Source: Candidatus Kerfeldbacteria bacterium (GTDB lineage Bacteria > Patescibacteriota > Patescibacteriia > SBBC01 > CAIJZX01). From it: a stretch of 64,000 bases of DNA. The notes beneath the pieces are model-generated. The model was not told the DNA's origin and ran no database searches. It worked only from the letters and a program-made list of their open reading frames with translations. Within the stretch, counting starts at the first letter, position 1; each line of letters opens with the position of its first letter. Below, piece by piece: positions 25,113 to 34,931 of the stretch. A program made the translations under genes and the position numbers. The DNA lies in the NCBI GenBank assembly GCA_016193315.1, contig JACPSJ010000001.1:727478-791477 (forward strand). The letters run 5' to 3'.

Positions 25113-25253
25113 GTGGTCAGCGATCAGTCCTTTGACTACGAATACGAGGCGATGGATTCCGGCCTCTGGCATCGTTTTGCCCAATCCAGCCTGGACTTCG
25201 TTGTTCTCGCGTTCGGCCCCATGCTACGGGCACTCGATTCGTTGTTCGGCTAA
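25113..25253 (+). CDS. 46-aa small protein (not in the ORF track)
   Basis: AAGGAGGGGAGG SD, GTG start, MVSDQSFDYEYEAMDSGLWHRFAQSSLDFVVLAFGPMLRALDSLFG, terminator GACGGCC/GGCCGTC with T-tract at 25258-25284. Confidence 0.6.
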   Translation: MVSDQSFDYEYEAMDSGLWHRFAQSSLDFVVLAFGPMLRALDSLFG

Positions 25254-25424
25254 ATCTGACGGCCCCTCGGCCGTCTTGTTTTTTGAAGCCGGACGTCGAT
25301 GCCGTGCTTGTGTTTGTGAAAGTCTTGATCGCCGGAGATTCTGATGTACATTGGGTTAAGGATTTAGGATGAAAGACTTCATGCCAGTACTTAACAAAAA
25401 CCTTAACCCTAAATCCTAAACCCA

Positions 25425-26519
25425 CTATTCCACATTCGGCTTCTCCAACACTACCGGCTCTGCTTTTTCTCCGGCCTCAGCGATCTTTAACACGTCTTTG
25501 TCGATGCTCTTGAACTGTTTCAGGGCTGCCTCATAGGTGTTCTGCGTGGTATCGATTTGCTTGCCTAGTCGTTCCATGTACCCTTCGTATGACTGCAAGT
25601 GTTTCGCCAAGACTACAATGTTCTGCCTAATTTCCTTGGCTGATTCTTCAATCTGCAAGGCTCGCAACCCCTGCAAGACGGTCTGCAGATAGGCAAAGAA
25701 TGATGTCGGCGAGACGATGATGACGTGCTTCTCCTTGAAGGCGTAGTCGATCAAGTCGCGCGAGGACACGCCGGTTTGGCCGACTTGGTGGACCAGCAAA
25801 TCATAGTAGATCGCTTCAGCTGGAATGAACATGAAAGCGAAGTCCATGGTGTTTTCGGCCGGACGGATGTATTTTGACGTTTCATCGATCCGGTTCTTGA
25901 GGTCCTGTTTGAACTGCTTTTCGATTCGTTCATGTTCCGACCCAGCCGGCAGCTCGACCAACCGATTATAGTTTTCCAGGGAGAATTTAGCATCGATAGG
26001 AATCACCTTATCTTGAATAAAAATCGCCGCATCAACGATCTCGCCGTCGCGGAATCGGTATTGCAACTTGTAGTGTTTTGGCGGCAGCACGTTTTTTAAA
26101 ACCGTTTCCAGGTAATACTCCCCCAGCACGCCACGCTGTTTTGGATTGTTCAACGTGTCTTGCAGGCGTTTCAGCTGGTCAGCAAAATTCACCACCTGGC
26201 GGTTTGTTTCATCCAGCTTCGTCAACCGTTCGGTGACGTCACGGACGATCTTGGTCGTTTCACCAAACATTCTGGTGCTCTCGCCGAGTTGGGACTGGAT
26301 GGATCTTTGAACCGACTCGGTTTGACGTTCGATGCGCTCGTTCAGCGCCTTGAGGTCCTCTTTCAACAACAAGGCCGCCGGATTGCTCGCCGCCTGGTCT
26401 TTCATGTCTTGTAACAGCTTCGACGTACCGGCCAGTCGCTGGCCCAGGATCACAAACCCAACCACGACCAGTCCCAGGCCAATCAGCAGAATCGTTGTCA
26501 GTGCCGGATCCACAACCAA
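25425..26519 (-). CDS. rmuC: DNA recombination protein RmuC
   Basis: N-terminal TM, KQRGVLGE, IDAKFS, MFIPAE, VSPTS. Confidence 0.92.
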   Translation of the reverse strand: MVVDPALTTILLIGLGLVVVGFVILGQRLAGTSKLLQDMKDQAASNPAALLLKEDLKALNERIERQTESVQRSIQSQLGESTRMFGETTKIVRDVTERLTKLDETNRQVVNFADQLKRLQDTLNNPKQRGVLGEYYLETVLKNVLPPKHYKLQYRFRDGEIVDAAIFIQDKVIPIDAKFSLENYNRLVELPAGSEHERIEKQFKQDLKNRIDETSKYIRPAENTMDFAFMFIPAEAIYYDLLVHQVGQTGVSSRDLIDYAFKEKHVIIVSPTSFFAYLQTVLQGLRALQIEESAKEIRQNIVVLAKHLQSYEGYMERLGKQIDTTQNTYEAALKQFKSIDKDVLKIAEAGEKAEPVVLEKPNVE

Positions 26520-26632
26520 ACTGTATCAACCCACTCCGCGCTTGACAAGCCGCGTTCGAGCTGGTAGCCTCAGGGGTCGCCGACTCTGAAACTGATTCCG
26601 TTCATTCTCATCCCGCGAAAAAGGAGGTTCGT

Positions 26633-27421
26633 TTGAGTGGAGAGAAGACGAGGAATTTCGGACATCCGGGATTGACGCGGGCTGATCATCGGTTTCCCTG
26701 GAAACTGCACGGCCCGTTCGGTTTCGGGCGGGACTTCCCGGCGCAACTGGAAATCCCCTTCTTGGCCGCCCTGGCCGAGACGGTGGAAGCCGAGCGGTCC
26801 GTCCGCGGGAGGCTCCGACGGTTTGTCCACCGCGCCGCCACCCGGAACCTCTGGCAGCGGGAGGTACACTTGTCGATGGTCCGGGCGAATGCTTCCCCCC
26901 TCACTATCGATCTGGAGACCTTCCAAGCCGGACTGTCCCACCTGATCCCCCGGCTCGTCTACGACGGGCTGACGCTCGAGCATCTGGTCTACCACCCGAC
27001 TCGCCCGGAGTCGTTCCAACCCCGCGGGCGACCGATCGTGATGAAATGGTCCGGGTATCCCCTGGCGCAAGGCGTATTCTTTCACCTGGCGCCGCACCTC
27101 ACCCCGGAAGAATTGGCTCAGCCCGAGACGGCCTGGAACCGTCTGCAGACCTTGGCCCGCTGGAACTTCCAACATGGCTGTCGGCGCCGATTCAAGCGCG
27201 GTGACGCCCGCTACCTGCGCTATCGGATCAATCTGGCGCTCGCCCTGTACGAACGCTGGCTGCGGCTGCAAAGTGACGTCCGGCAGGGGGAAGCTTGGTT
27301 GCCGGAGCAACTGAGAACTTCACCGCCCCACCAAGCGCTGTTCCGTTCCTTTCTGGAAGTCTTCCGTCTGTATCTTCGCATCGATCTTCGCTCCGCGCTG
27401 ACCGATCTACGCTCCAGCTAA
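26633..27421 (+). CDS. hypothetical protein
   Basis: TTGACA at 26542, AAAGGAGG SD, TTG start, stop codon within terminator hairpin. Confidence 0.6.
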   Translation: MSGEKTRNFGHPGLTRADHRFPWKLHGPFGFGRDFPAQLEIPFLAALAETVEAERSVRGRLRRFVHRAATRNLWQREVHLSMVRANASPLTIDLETFQAGLSHLIPRLVYDGLTLEHLVYHPTRPESFQPRGRPIVMKWSGYPLAQGVFFHLAPHLTPEELAQPETAWNRLQTLARWNFQHGCRRRFKRGDARYLRYRINLALALYERWLRLQSDVRQGEAWLPEQLRTSPPHQALFRSFLEVFRLYLRIDLRSALTDLRSS

Positions 27422-27538
27422 CGCTGGGGCTTTTTTCTTCCCGATTACCGCCGAGGGATTCAACAGTTGACAACGTCAAGCCGCCTCGGTAGGGTGTAGT
27501 CGTTTCCGTCTCTCGAATGGAATGGAGGGTTCACGAAC

Positions 27539-27982
27539 ATGTCTGCACTTTCCGAACAGCTCACCACCTTGGCCCTGGTGGTACTCAGCGGCTGGCCAAT
27601 TGTCGCCCTCTACGCCTGGCGATTCGCTCTGGCCTGCCGGCGTCTCCGAGGCCAGCGTTTGGCCACCGGCTGGACTGGGCCCGGGGAGCCGATGATGGAC
27701 GTTATCACCTGGACCCGGGTCGGCAACTGGCTGCTGTCGATCATCCCGATGGTCTGGGTGGGGCGCCTGATGATCGAGCTGCGGCCCGGCTTGAATCCAT
27801 CCTCCGGCTCGGCCTCGGCCACGGCCCAACTAGCCGGCGTGGTCAATCTGCTGCTGCTAGGCCTGGTCGCCGAATGGATCTATGACCACTTCGAACACGA
27901 CTGTGAAGCCCGGCTGGCACGTCTCACGTCGGCGGGTGGATCCGTCCTTCCGGACCGCATCCCCAGCGCCGCGGCTGTCTAG
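27539..27982 (+). CDS. hypothetical 3-TM membrane protein
   Basis: TTGACA promoter, GGAGG SD, hydrophobic helices, terminator at the stop. Confidence 0.6.
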   Translation: MSALSEQLTTLALVVLSGWPIVALYAWRFALACRRLRGQRLATGWTGPGEPMMDVITWTRVGNWLLSIIPMVWVGRLMIELRPGLNPSSGSASATAQLAGVVNLLLLGLVAEWIYDHFEHDCEARLARLTSAGGSVLPDRIPSAAAV

Positions 27983-28785
27983 ACAGCCGTTTTTTTTAAG
28001 CCAAAAAATTGTTCCGCCGCGCGGGTGGTTGCTTCGGCTACCTGCTGATAGGGAATCGCCCTCAACCGAGCGATAGCTTCGGCCACCAATGGTGCGTGTG
28101 CTGGCTCATTCCGCTGCCCCCGATGCGGCACCGGCGCCAAAAACGGGGCGTCGGTCTCGATCATGATTCGTTCGATGGGCGCGCGCCGAGCGACCTCCTG
28201 CATCATCTCGCTCTTGGGGAAAGTCACAATGCCGGTAAACGACAAGTACCCGCCGAGTTCCAGAAACCGCTCGGCGCGCGCCCAGTCCCCGGAGTAACAA
28301 TGCATCACAAACCGCGAAAACTGGTGACGAGCCAACAATGTCAACACCTCGTCGTAGGCATCGAAGACTCCGTGGCGATCGCGGACGTGGACAATGAACG
28401 GCCGCTGACGTTGACTAGCCAACAACAAGTGCTGCTCAAGCACGTCGGCCTGAAGTTGCCTGGCCTCGACGTCATCCGGTGCCAGACGAAAGAAATCAAG
28501 GCCTGATTCACCAATGGCTACGACTTTTTGGTGGTCGAGCATGGCGGCCAGTTCGGCCGGATTTACTTGGTCAAGGTCACCATCAGTCGGATGGACGCCG
28601 ACCGCCGCCCAGACCGGCTGGGTCGGGTATTGTTCGGCCAAACGGATGCCGGCTCGGCTGTCTTCCAGCGTCGTGCCGACGCAGATCAAGCCTATTCCCT
28701 GGTCCAGGGCGCGGCAAATTACGGCGTCGCGGTCAGCATCATACTGCGCCATCTGAGGGTGGCAGTGGGAATCAACCAATTGCAT
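27979..28785 (-). CDS. tatD: TatD family deoxyribonuclease
   Basis: DSHCH, GVHP, IGESGLD, VHVR, MHCY, ETDAPF. Confidence 0.95.
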   Translation of the reverse strand: MQLVDSHCHPQMAQYDADRDAVICRALDQGIGLICVGTTLEDSRAGIRLAEQYPTQPVWAAVGVHPTDGDLDQVNPAELAAMLDHQKVVAIGESGLDFFRLAPDDVEARQLQADVLEQHLLLASQRQRPFIVHVRDRHGVFDAYDEVLTLLARHQFSRFVMHCYSGDWARAERFLELGGYLSFTGIVTFPKSEMMQEVARRAPIERIMIETDAPFLAPVPHRGQRNEPAHAPLVAEAIARLRAIPYQQVAEATTRAAEQFFGLKKTAV

Positions 28786-28788
28786 TTT

Positions 28789-29319
28789 CTACCGCGGCAA
28801 AAACCGGTCAATCGCCTTTTCCGCTCCCTTGAGCGCCGGCGGAAATAATGGCACCAGCCAGGCGGCCACCGTCATCAGCATCTTGGCCCACGATGATTCC
28901 GCGATCGCTTCGCTTAGACGCGGACCAAGCGGCAAGCGGACGGCGTACTGCAGCATGACTCCCAGGAACAGGGCGCCCTCAAGAAAACCAAATGCTGCTC
29001 CGCCCAGTCGGTTGACCAGTTTCATCCCCGGCACGATGGCGACGAGATTGAAAATTCGGTTGACCAAGACAAACAGTAACCCAATCAAGCGGGTGACCAG
29101 TAGAAACAACAAGAAAAAGGCGGCGATCGAGGCCCAAACTTCTTGGCCGGCGAAAACCGGTGTCAGAACCTGACCGAATTGATCGGCGTAGTGAGAGGCC
29201 ACGATGACGCCGACGAGCAACCCCACCACACCGCCGATCGACTGAATCAAACCAGTCCAAAAACCGCCCCAGACGAAGCTGAACAGGGTCAGGAGGAGCA
29301 ACCAGTCGAGCCAGGACAT
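28789..29319 (-). CDS. CvpA family membrane protein
   Basis: WLDWLLL...GFWTG, NRLGGAAFG. Confidence 0.85.
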   Translation of the reverse strand: MSWLDWLLLLTLFSFVWGGFWTGLIQSIGGVVGLLVGVIVASHYADQFGQVLTPVFAGQEVWASIAAFFLLFLLVTRLIGLLFVLVNRIFNLVAIVPGMKLVNRLGGAAFGFLEGALFLGVMLQYAVRLPLGPRLSEAIAESSWAKMLMTVAAWLVPLFPPALKGAEKAIDRFLPR

Positions 29320-29328
29320 ATTTCTACC

Positions 29329-30780
29329 CTACTCTTTGAGCCGTGACTCATCAAGTCGGGGGAATAACGGCTCGGCTTTCTTGACCGGCTCAACAAATAC
29401 TTGCTGGATTTTCATCGATGTTTCAGGTAAGTACGGTGTCAGCAGTTCGGCAATATTCAGAACTCGGCTGGCCAGGTCGTTGAGAAACTCCTTGAGCTTG
29501 TCTAGCTGCCCTTTCGCCGCCAGTGTCCACGGTGCCACGTCATCGATGCGCTTATTTGCATCGGCAATCATGGCCCAAATAATCGCCAGTGCCGCATCGA
29601 ATTTGTATTGACTCGTGTTCCGAGTTACTCCGTCGCTCCGCGACGCGTCTACGAATACAGTATTCTTATCGAATGATCCGCTCACGTACTTCTCCAGCAT
29701 ATTAGTCACCCTCGACACCAAATTCCCCAAGCTATTCGCCAAATCCGACGTATAGGCGGCCTCGAAACGCTCGATCGTGAAATCACTATCCTCAAACGGG
29801 CTGACCTGCCGCAGCAGGTAGTACCGCAGCGCGTCGGTGCCATACCTCTCCGTCAACGAAGACGGATCGACGACATTCCCTAAGGATTTGCTGATTTTTT
29901 GGCCGCCCGACGTAATGAATCCGTGAATGACGATTTGTTTCGACGGTTCAAGGCCGGCGGACAACAGCATTGCCTGCCACATGGCTGCCTGTTGCCGTAG
30001 ATTATCTTTTCCGGCGAACTGTGTGGATGGCCACCACGCAGCGTACTTTTCATTCGGCCAGCCCAACGCTGACACGTAGTTAATCAAGGCGTCGAACCAG
30101 ACGTACATTACGTGCTCGGTATCATCAGGGACCGGCACGCCCCAAGGCAACTTGTCCTTGAGCCGGGAAATGCTGAAGTCTTCCGGGCCTTGTTGAACAA
30201 AATTCCTAACCTCTTTCAAACGGTATCCCGGCACCACAAAATCCGGGCGTTGTTCATAGATGTCCAAAAGCGGCTTACGGTATTTCGAAAAACGGAAAAA
30301 GTAGTTCTCTTCGTCAATCGTTTCCAATTCAAGGTTGGGGTGAATCTGACAGCGACTGTTTTCGTCGAGTTCGGAGTTGGTCTTCTCCAACTCGCACCCA
30401 ACGCAATACTTGATTACGTACGCCTTCTTGTAGATATCGCCGGCGGCGGCACAACGCCGCCAAAACTCCTGGGCGGCAGCGATATGCTTCGGGTCAGTGG
30501 TGCGGAGAAAACTGTCATAACTGAGGTTGAGGGCTTGCCTCAGACGATCAAATTTGGCGGCGTTCTCGTCAACGTAAACTTGCGGATCTTGACCTGCTGC
30601 TTGCGCGGCACGATAGATCTTCAGCCCATGTTCATCGGTGCCGGTATTGAAAAAGACTTCGTCTCCCTGCTGGCGATGCCAACGCGCCATCACGTCGGCC
30701 TGGATGATTTCGAGGGCAAAGCCAATATGTGGCTCGGCGTTGACGTACGGCAGGGTGGTGGTCAAAGACAGCTTAGTCAT
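29329..30780 (-). CDS. metG: methionine--tRNA ligase (short form)
   Basis: PYVNAEPHIGF, GTDEHG, YVWFDAL, KISKS. Confidence 0.96.
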   Translation of the reverse strand: MTKLSLTTTLPYVNAEPHIGFALEIIQADVMARWHRQQGDEVFFNTGTDEHGLKIYRAAQAAGQDPQVYVDENAAKFDRLRQALNLSYDSFLRTTDPKHIAAAQEFWRRCAAAGDIYKKAYVIKYCVGCELEKTNSELDENSRCQIHPNLELETIDEENYFFRFSKYRKPLLDIYEQRPDFVVPGYRLKEVRNFVQQGPEDFSISRLKDKLPWGVPVPDDTEHVMYVWFDALINYVSALGWPNEKYAAWWPSTQFAGKDNLRQQAAMWQAMLLSAGLEPSKQIVIHGFITSGGQKISKSLGNVVDPSSLTERYGTDALRYYLLRQVSPFEDSDFTIERFEAAYTSDLANSLGNLVSRVTNMLEKYVSGSFDKNTVFVDASRSDGVTRNTSQYKFDAALAIIWAMIADANKRIDDVAPWTLAAKGQLDKLKEFLNDLASRVLNIAELLTPYLPETSMKIQQVFVEPVKKAEPLFPRLDESRLKE

Positions 30781-31451
30781 GATCGCGGTCCAACCACCAA
30801 GACAATCTCCCCCCGCACCTCGTCAGGATGATGCTGAAAATGTTGGTGCGCCTCGGCCGCCGTTCCAGACACAACCGATTCATGAATCTTGGTTAATTCC
30901 CGGCAGACAGCGATCCGACGATTCGGCATCATCGTGGCCAACGCCTCGAGGGTCTTCATCAGTCGGTGTGGCGATTCGTACACCACTACCGTTTCTTCGG
31001 TGGCGGCGATTCTCCGAAGCAGCGTCGGCCGACCCTTTTTGTGCGGCAAGAATCCGACAAACCAAAACCGGTCGGCCGGAAAGCCGCTGAGGGCTAAGGC
31101 GGCGGTCAAAGCTGAGGGCCCAGGTACCACCTCAACTGGAATTCCGCGCTCCCGAGCGCCGGCCACCAGCCGACCGCCAGGATCGGCTATCCCCGGCATG
31201 CCGGCGTCAGTCACCACCGCGACCGGCTGCCCCGCCGCGACCCGATCAAGCACCCCTCCCAGATCATCAGGCCGGGAATGCTGATGCAAACTGATCACCG
31301 GTGTTGTCAGGTGGTAGTGGGACAAGAGTTTCCGGGTCACACGCGTGTCTTCGCAAGCGACGAGTGTCACGGTCTGCAATATTCGCTTCGCCCGCTGGCT
31401 AAGATCTTCGAGGTTGCCGATCGGCGTGCCTACCAAGAACAGCCGGCCCAT
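30777..31451 (-). CDS. rsmI: 16S rRNA C1402 2'-O-methyltransferase
   Basis: GTPIGNLED, CEDTR, DAGMPGIADPG, YESPHR, RELTK. Confidence 0.95.
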   Translation of the reverse strand: MGRLFLVGTPIGNLEDLSQRAKRILQTVTLVACEDTRVTRKLLSHYHLTTPVISLHQHSRPDDLGGVLDRVAAGQPVAVVTDAGMPGIADPGGRLVAGARERGIPVEVVPGPSALTAALALSGFPADRFWFVGFLPHKKGRPTLLRRIAATEETVVVYESPHRLMKTLEALATMMPNRRIAVCRELTKIHESVVSGTAAEAHQHFQHHPDEVRGEIVLVVGPRS

Positions 31452-31461
31452 GATGACAGGC

Positions 31462-32508
31462 TTAGGTCTTGGGGGTTTCCAGCCGAGCTTCTTCGACTTT
31501 CTTTTCTTCCAAGAAATCGCCCAAGAAGGTGGTGATGATAATGATCGTCGGTACCGCCAGGATGATGCCGATCAATCCGGCCAGCTTGGCGCCGATCAGG
31601 ATGGCGATGATGACGATCACCGGGTTGAGGCCGGTTGCCCGCGACATGACTTTCGGCACAATCAAGTTGTTCTCCAGCTGTTGAATGACAATGTAGAGAA
31701 TCAGCACCCACAATGCCAGGAGCGGGTCTTGCGACAGGGCCACAATAATGGCCGGAATGGCACCGATGAGCGGACCGACGATCGGTATGAGTTCGGTCAC
31801 TCCGGCAATCAGCGCCAGCACCAGCGCGAATTTTACCTGCAGGAGCGACAGGCCGAGGTAGGTCAGGACGGCGATGATCAGGCCGAGCAGGAGTTGCCCC
31901 CGTAGCCACGAACCAAGACGGTCCTCGATCCGGTTGAACAGCTGGGTCAAATACGGACGGTGCCTGGCCGGGGCCAGATCGACCGCCAATCGCTTCATCC
32001 CCTTTTCTTCCATCGTTAAGTAAAAGGTTAAAACAAGAACGCCGATGAACGACAGTAGACCGCCGAAGAAGCTGAACAACCGCGTGAAAATGCCTTGGGT
32101 GAATTGGCTGAGACCTTGCGTGAGAGACTCGAGTGCGCGTTGGAGTCCGGTCACCGCCGAACTGTCCTGATAGTTCTGAAACAGGGCAAACCCCTTCTCG
32201 TACAGCTGCGGGAAAGCCTTGGTGAATTGGGCCAATTGGTCAACCACGAGCGGCACGAACAAGATGACAATCAGCGACAGCACGGCCACGATGCCGACGT
32301 AGATGATGGCGATCCCGGCCGCGCGGGGGATCCCCCGGCGTTCGAGGCGGGTGATCGAGGGGTCGATGGCCGCCGCCAGTACGAGAGCCACGAAAATGAC
32401 CAGGGCCACGTCGCGCACCACGTAGAGAAACTGAAGAATCAACAGGATGCCAACGATCTTCAGAATCGTCAGAGTCGAGATGTTGACCGTTTGGGTGGGT
32501 TGGGCCAT
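31462..32508 (-). CDS. AI-2E family transporter
   Basis: IPIVGP, QQLENNLIVPKVM, GIILAVP. Confidence 0.9.
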   Translation of the reverse strand: MAQPTQTVNISTLTILKIVGILLILQFLYVVRDVALVIFVALVLAAAIDPSITRLERRGIPRAAGIAIIYVGIVAVLSLIVILFVPLVVDQLAQFTKAFPQLYEKGFALFQNYQDSSAVTGLQRALESLTQGLSQFTQGIFTRLFSFFGGLLSFIGVLVLTFYLTMEEKGMKRLAVDLAPARHRPYLTQLFNRIEDRLGSWLRGQLLLGLIIAVLTYLGLSLLQVKFALVLALIAGVTELIPIVGPLIGAIPAIIVALSQDPLLALWVLILYIVIQQLENNLIVPKVMSRATGLNPVIVIIAILIGAKLAGLIGIILAVPTIIIITTFLGDFLEEKKVEEARLETPKT

Positions 32509-32549
32509 GCTCCTAGCCTAGGCTTTTCAGCCGCAAAAAGCAACCGTCG

Positions 32550-33815
32550 TTAGACGGCGCGCACTATGGGTATAAATGGTTTCGGATCTTTGAACGGACC
32601 GAGCATCGCCAACCGCATGGCCGTCGGCCGGAATAATTGGCGGGCCACTCGCTGAACATCGCGAGCCGTGACTTTCATAATCCTGCCCATTACCTGATCG
32701 GGTGTTTCAATCTTCGGATGGAATAACGCTTGGCGTCCGTACCAGGAAGCGATGGCATCCGAATCTTCAAGATCGAGAATCATCTTGCCGCGGAGGAATT
32801 CCTTGGTTCGCTTTAGCTCGGACGAAGGCACCGGTGTCGACTTCACCTTTCGCAATTCGCTCGTCATGACGCGCAGCGCTTCGGCCACTCGACTCTTTTC
32901 CAGGCCAGCTTGGACCATAAAGGTGCCAGTATCTTCATAGGGATTCACCGAGGCGCTGACGGAATACGCCAAGCCACGGCGTTCGCGGACCTGGATGAAA
33001 AGTCGCGAGCTCATGTTACCGCCGAGGAGAACGCTCAGGACGCTGGCCGCCGGTAGCCGTCGATCTGTGTAACGGAAACCTTTGACCCCGACCGCCAGCT
33101 GCACCTGCTCCGAATCTTTCCATTTCAGCTTGACCGGAGACGTCGCGGCCGGGCGATAGGGCCGGGCCACACTCTGGTGAGGCTTACTCGGCAAGGAACG
33201 GAAAAAACGCCGCAGCTCCGTGTCCAGTCCATGTCCGATTCTCCCGGCCACCACCACCCACATGTTGCGCGCCTGGTAGTGCCGGTCACGGAATTGAATC
33301 AGGCTGGTGCGGCTGACGCGACGGATAACCTCTCGCGGGCCAGCAATATTCCAACCGAGCGGATGGTGGTCGCCGAACACGGTGGTTTCGAACAGGTCAT
33401 CAATCGACATAACCGGGTTGTCCTCGTAGAGATTGATTTCTTCAATAATCACGCCTCGTTCGCGTTCAATTTCTTTGGGCGCGAAGAGTGAATTTTGCAA
33501 CATATCGCTGACTACGTCGAGCGCTAGTTCGGTGTGCTCGTGATTGATCTTGACATAGTACCCGGTCCAGTCTTTACTGGTAAAGGCATTATACCGGGCG
33601 CCGACGCCATCGAGCAGGCGGGAGATGGCCAAGGTCGACGGCCGCCGCTTCGTGCCTTTGAACATCAAATGTTCGATAAAATGGGCGATGCCGTTGGTGC
33701 GGCGCGTCTCGTAGCGCGAACCGACTTTGGTAAAAACAAAGACCGTCACCGCTTTCGTATCATGGAGCGGGACGAGCAGCAAGCGCAACCCGTTCGGCAA
33801 CGTCTCGACTTTCAT
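32550..33815 (-). CDS. M16 family zinc peptidase
   Basis: HFIEHLMFKGT (HxxEH), NAFT, SSRLF, RERRGLAY. Confidence 0.93.
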   Translation of the reverse strand: MKVETLPNGLRLLLVPLHDTKAVTVFVFTKVGSRYETRRTNGIAHFIEHLMFKGTKRRPSTLAISRLLDGVGARYNAFTSKDWTGYYVKINHEHTELALDVVSDMLQNSLFAPKEIERERGVIIEEINLYEDNPVMSIDDLFETTVFGDHHPLGWNIAGPREVIRRVSRTSLIQFRDRHYQARNMWVVVAGRIGHGLDTELRRFFRSLPSKPHQSVARPYRPAATSPVKLKWKDSEQVQLAVGVKGFRYTDRRLPAASVLSVLLGGNMSSRLFIQVRERRGLAYSVSASVNPYEDTGTFMVQAGLEKSRVAEALRVMTSELRKVKSTPVPSSELKRTKEFLRGKMILDLEDSDAIASWYGRQALFHPKIETPDQVMGRIMKVTARDVQRVARQLFRPTAMRLAMLGPFKDPKPFIPIVRAV

Positions 33816-34492
33816 CACGGCGTGTCCTTGATGATGAAAACTTTTTGTTGGCTGACCAGATAGCTGGTCAGTTCGAAATTCTGGCCGCTCGACGTATAGC
33901 CGTAGTAATGAGTCGGATGTTCGGGGTCGATCGGTTCGTTGAAGCTGCCGCCGTAAAAATCCTTCAGCGTCTGGTAGAGAACGTCGGCGGTGCCGCGATC
34001 AAGTCGGATCTGTTTGCCGCCGGTTGAGGGGTAAGCGCGTTTGACGGCGTAGTACGCTTTCAGTCGGTATTTCAAGCTGATCAAATCTTGCTGGCGAAAA
34101 ATATCGGTTAGGCTAGAGGATTGGTCGACCAACCGCTCCTTGTCACGCTGCTCCTGGCGGTTCAGCTCGGCTTGCGTGGCGGAGTCGATGGCTAAGTAGT
34201 CGCCGCTGTTGAGGGCATTGCCATTGCCCAAGATACCGTTAACGCTGAGATTGGCGTTGCTGGTATTCTTGTTGATTACAGCGTTGGCATTCGGCACCAC
34301 CGTGGAGGGGATTTTTGACTCGTTGGCGGCCTTCTCGGCCTGCTGTTGTCCCTGCTTCAAACCGATCACCAGCCCGACGCTCAAACCGACCACGAAGATC
34401 ACCGGGTAGAGCAGGAGAGTAATAATTTGGGCCGGCGTCAGCTTTCGTGATTTTTCCGGCAACGCGGTGGCGGGGTCGATCAGGACAGGCAT
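33815..34492 (-). CDS. hypothetical membrane-anchored protein with pseudopilin-like C-terminus
   Basis: Single TM, Asn-rich linker, RQQDL...LKAYY...YP...PIDP...YGY. Confidence 0.65.
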   Translation of the reverse strand: MPVLIDPATALPEKSRKLTPAQIITLLLYPVIFVVGLSVGLVIGLKQGQQQAEKAANESKIPSTVVPNANAVINKNTSNANLSVNGILGNGNALNSGDYLAIDSATQAELNRQEQRDKERLVDQSSSLTDIFRQQDLISLKYRLKAYYAVKRAYPSTGGKQIRLDRGTADVLYQTLKDFYGGSFNEPIDPEHPTHYYGYTSSGQNFELTSYLVSQQKVFIIKDTP

Positions 34493-34544
34493 GGTTGTTG
34501 GTCTTACTGAAAACTAGTCTAGCATATTTAGCTACTTTCCCCTA

Positions 34545-34930
34545 AGGCCGCGGCGAGCGATCGGGAGCCGCGACAGAAAAATACCTGGTCGCGAGGAACG
34601 TTTGCAAGACTGGGTCTGGTGGGGTCGGGGCGGCATTACGCGGAGCGGGATAGCGAGTAAATTGCTTTACTCGCGGCCGCCGAGACGGGCCGAGCTCTGT
34701 TTCGGAGGAATAGCGAGGCCCAAGAGGCAACGAGCAAACGGACGATCGACACACAAGGGAAGGGAGGCAGTCCCGACCGCGAAAGCGCGTCGGGACGGTC
34801 GGAACGGGCCGTAGACCGGCAGCCGAAGGCCAAGCAGATGAACTGCTTCATGTGCGTCCGGTCGGAGGTGGGCCGGCCGATGCTTCGAAGGAGCCGGACG
34901 GCTCAGGGATACCATCGGTTTCCCTCCGAG
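34545..34930 (+). ncRNA. structured non-coding region containing two copies of the tRNA-Thr insert motif
   Basis: Copies at about 34624-34725 and 34814-34914 with compensatory changes; GAAA-capped hairpin 34770-34796 between them. Confidence 0.6.
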
Positions 34931-34931
34931 A

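Noticed and set aside
26570-27310. Long antisense ORFs (this one, 7488-8180, 30112-30831, 52031-52729 and others)
   Set aside because: Shadow frames typical of GC-rich DNA opposite better-supported genes; no motifs or expression signals.
34545-34930. RNase P or SRP RNA
   Set aside because: No GAGGAAAGTCC or matching P4 3' strand and no SRP domain IV motif; GAGGAACG at about 34593 is only a partial resemblance.
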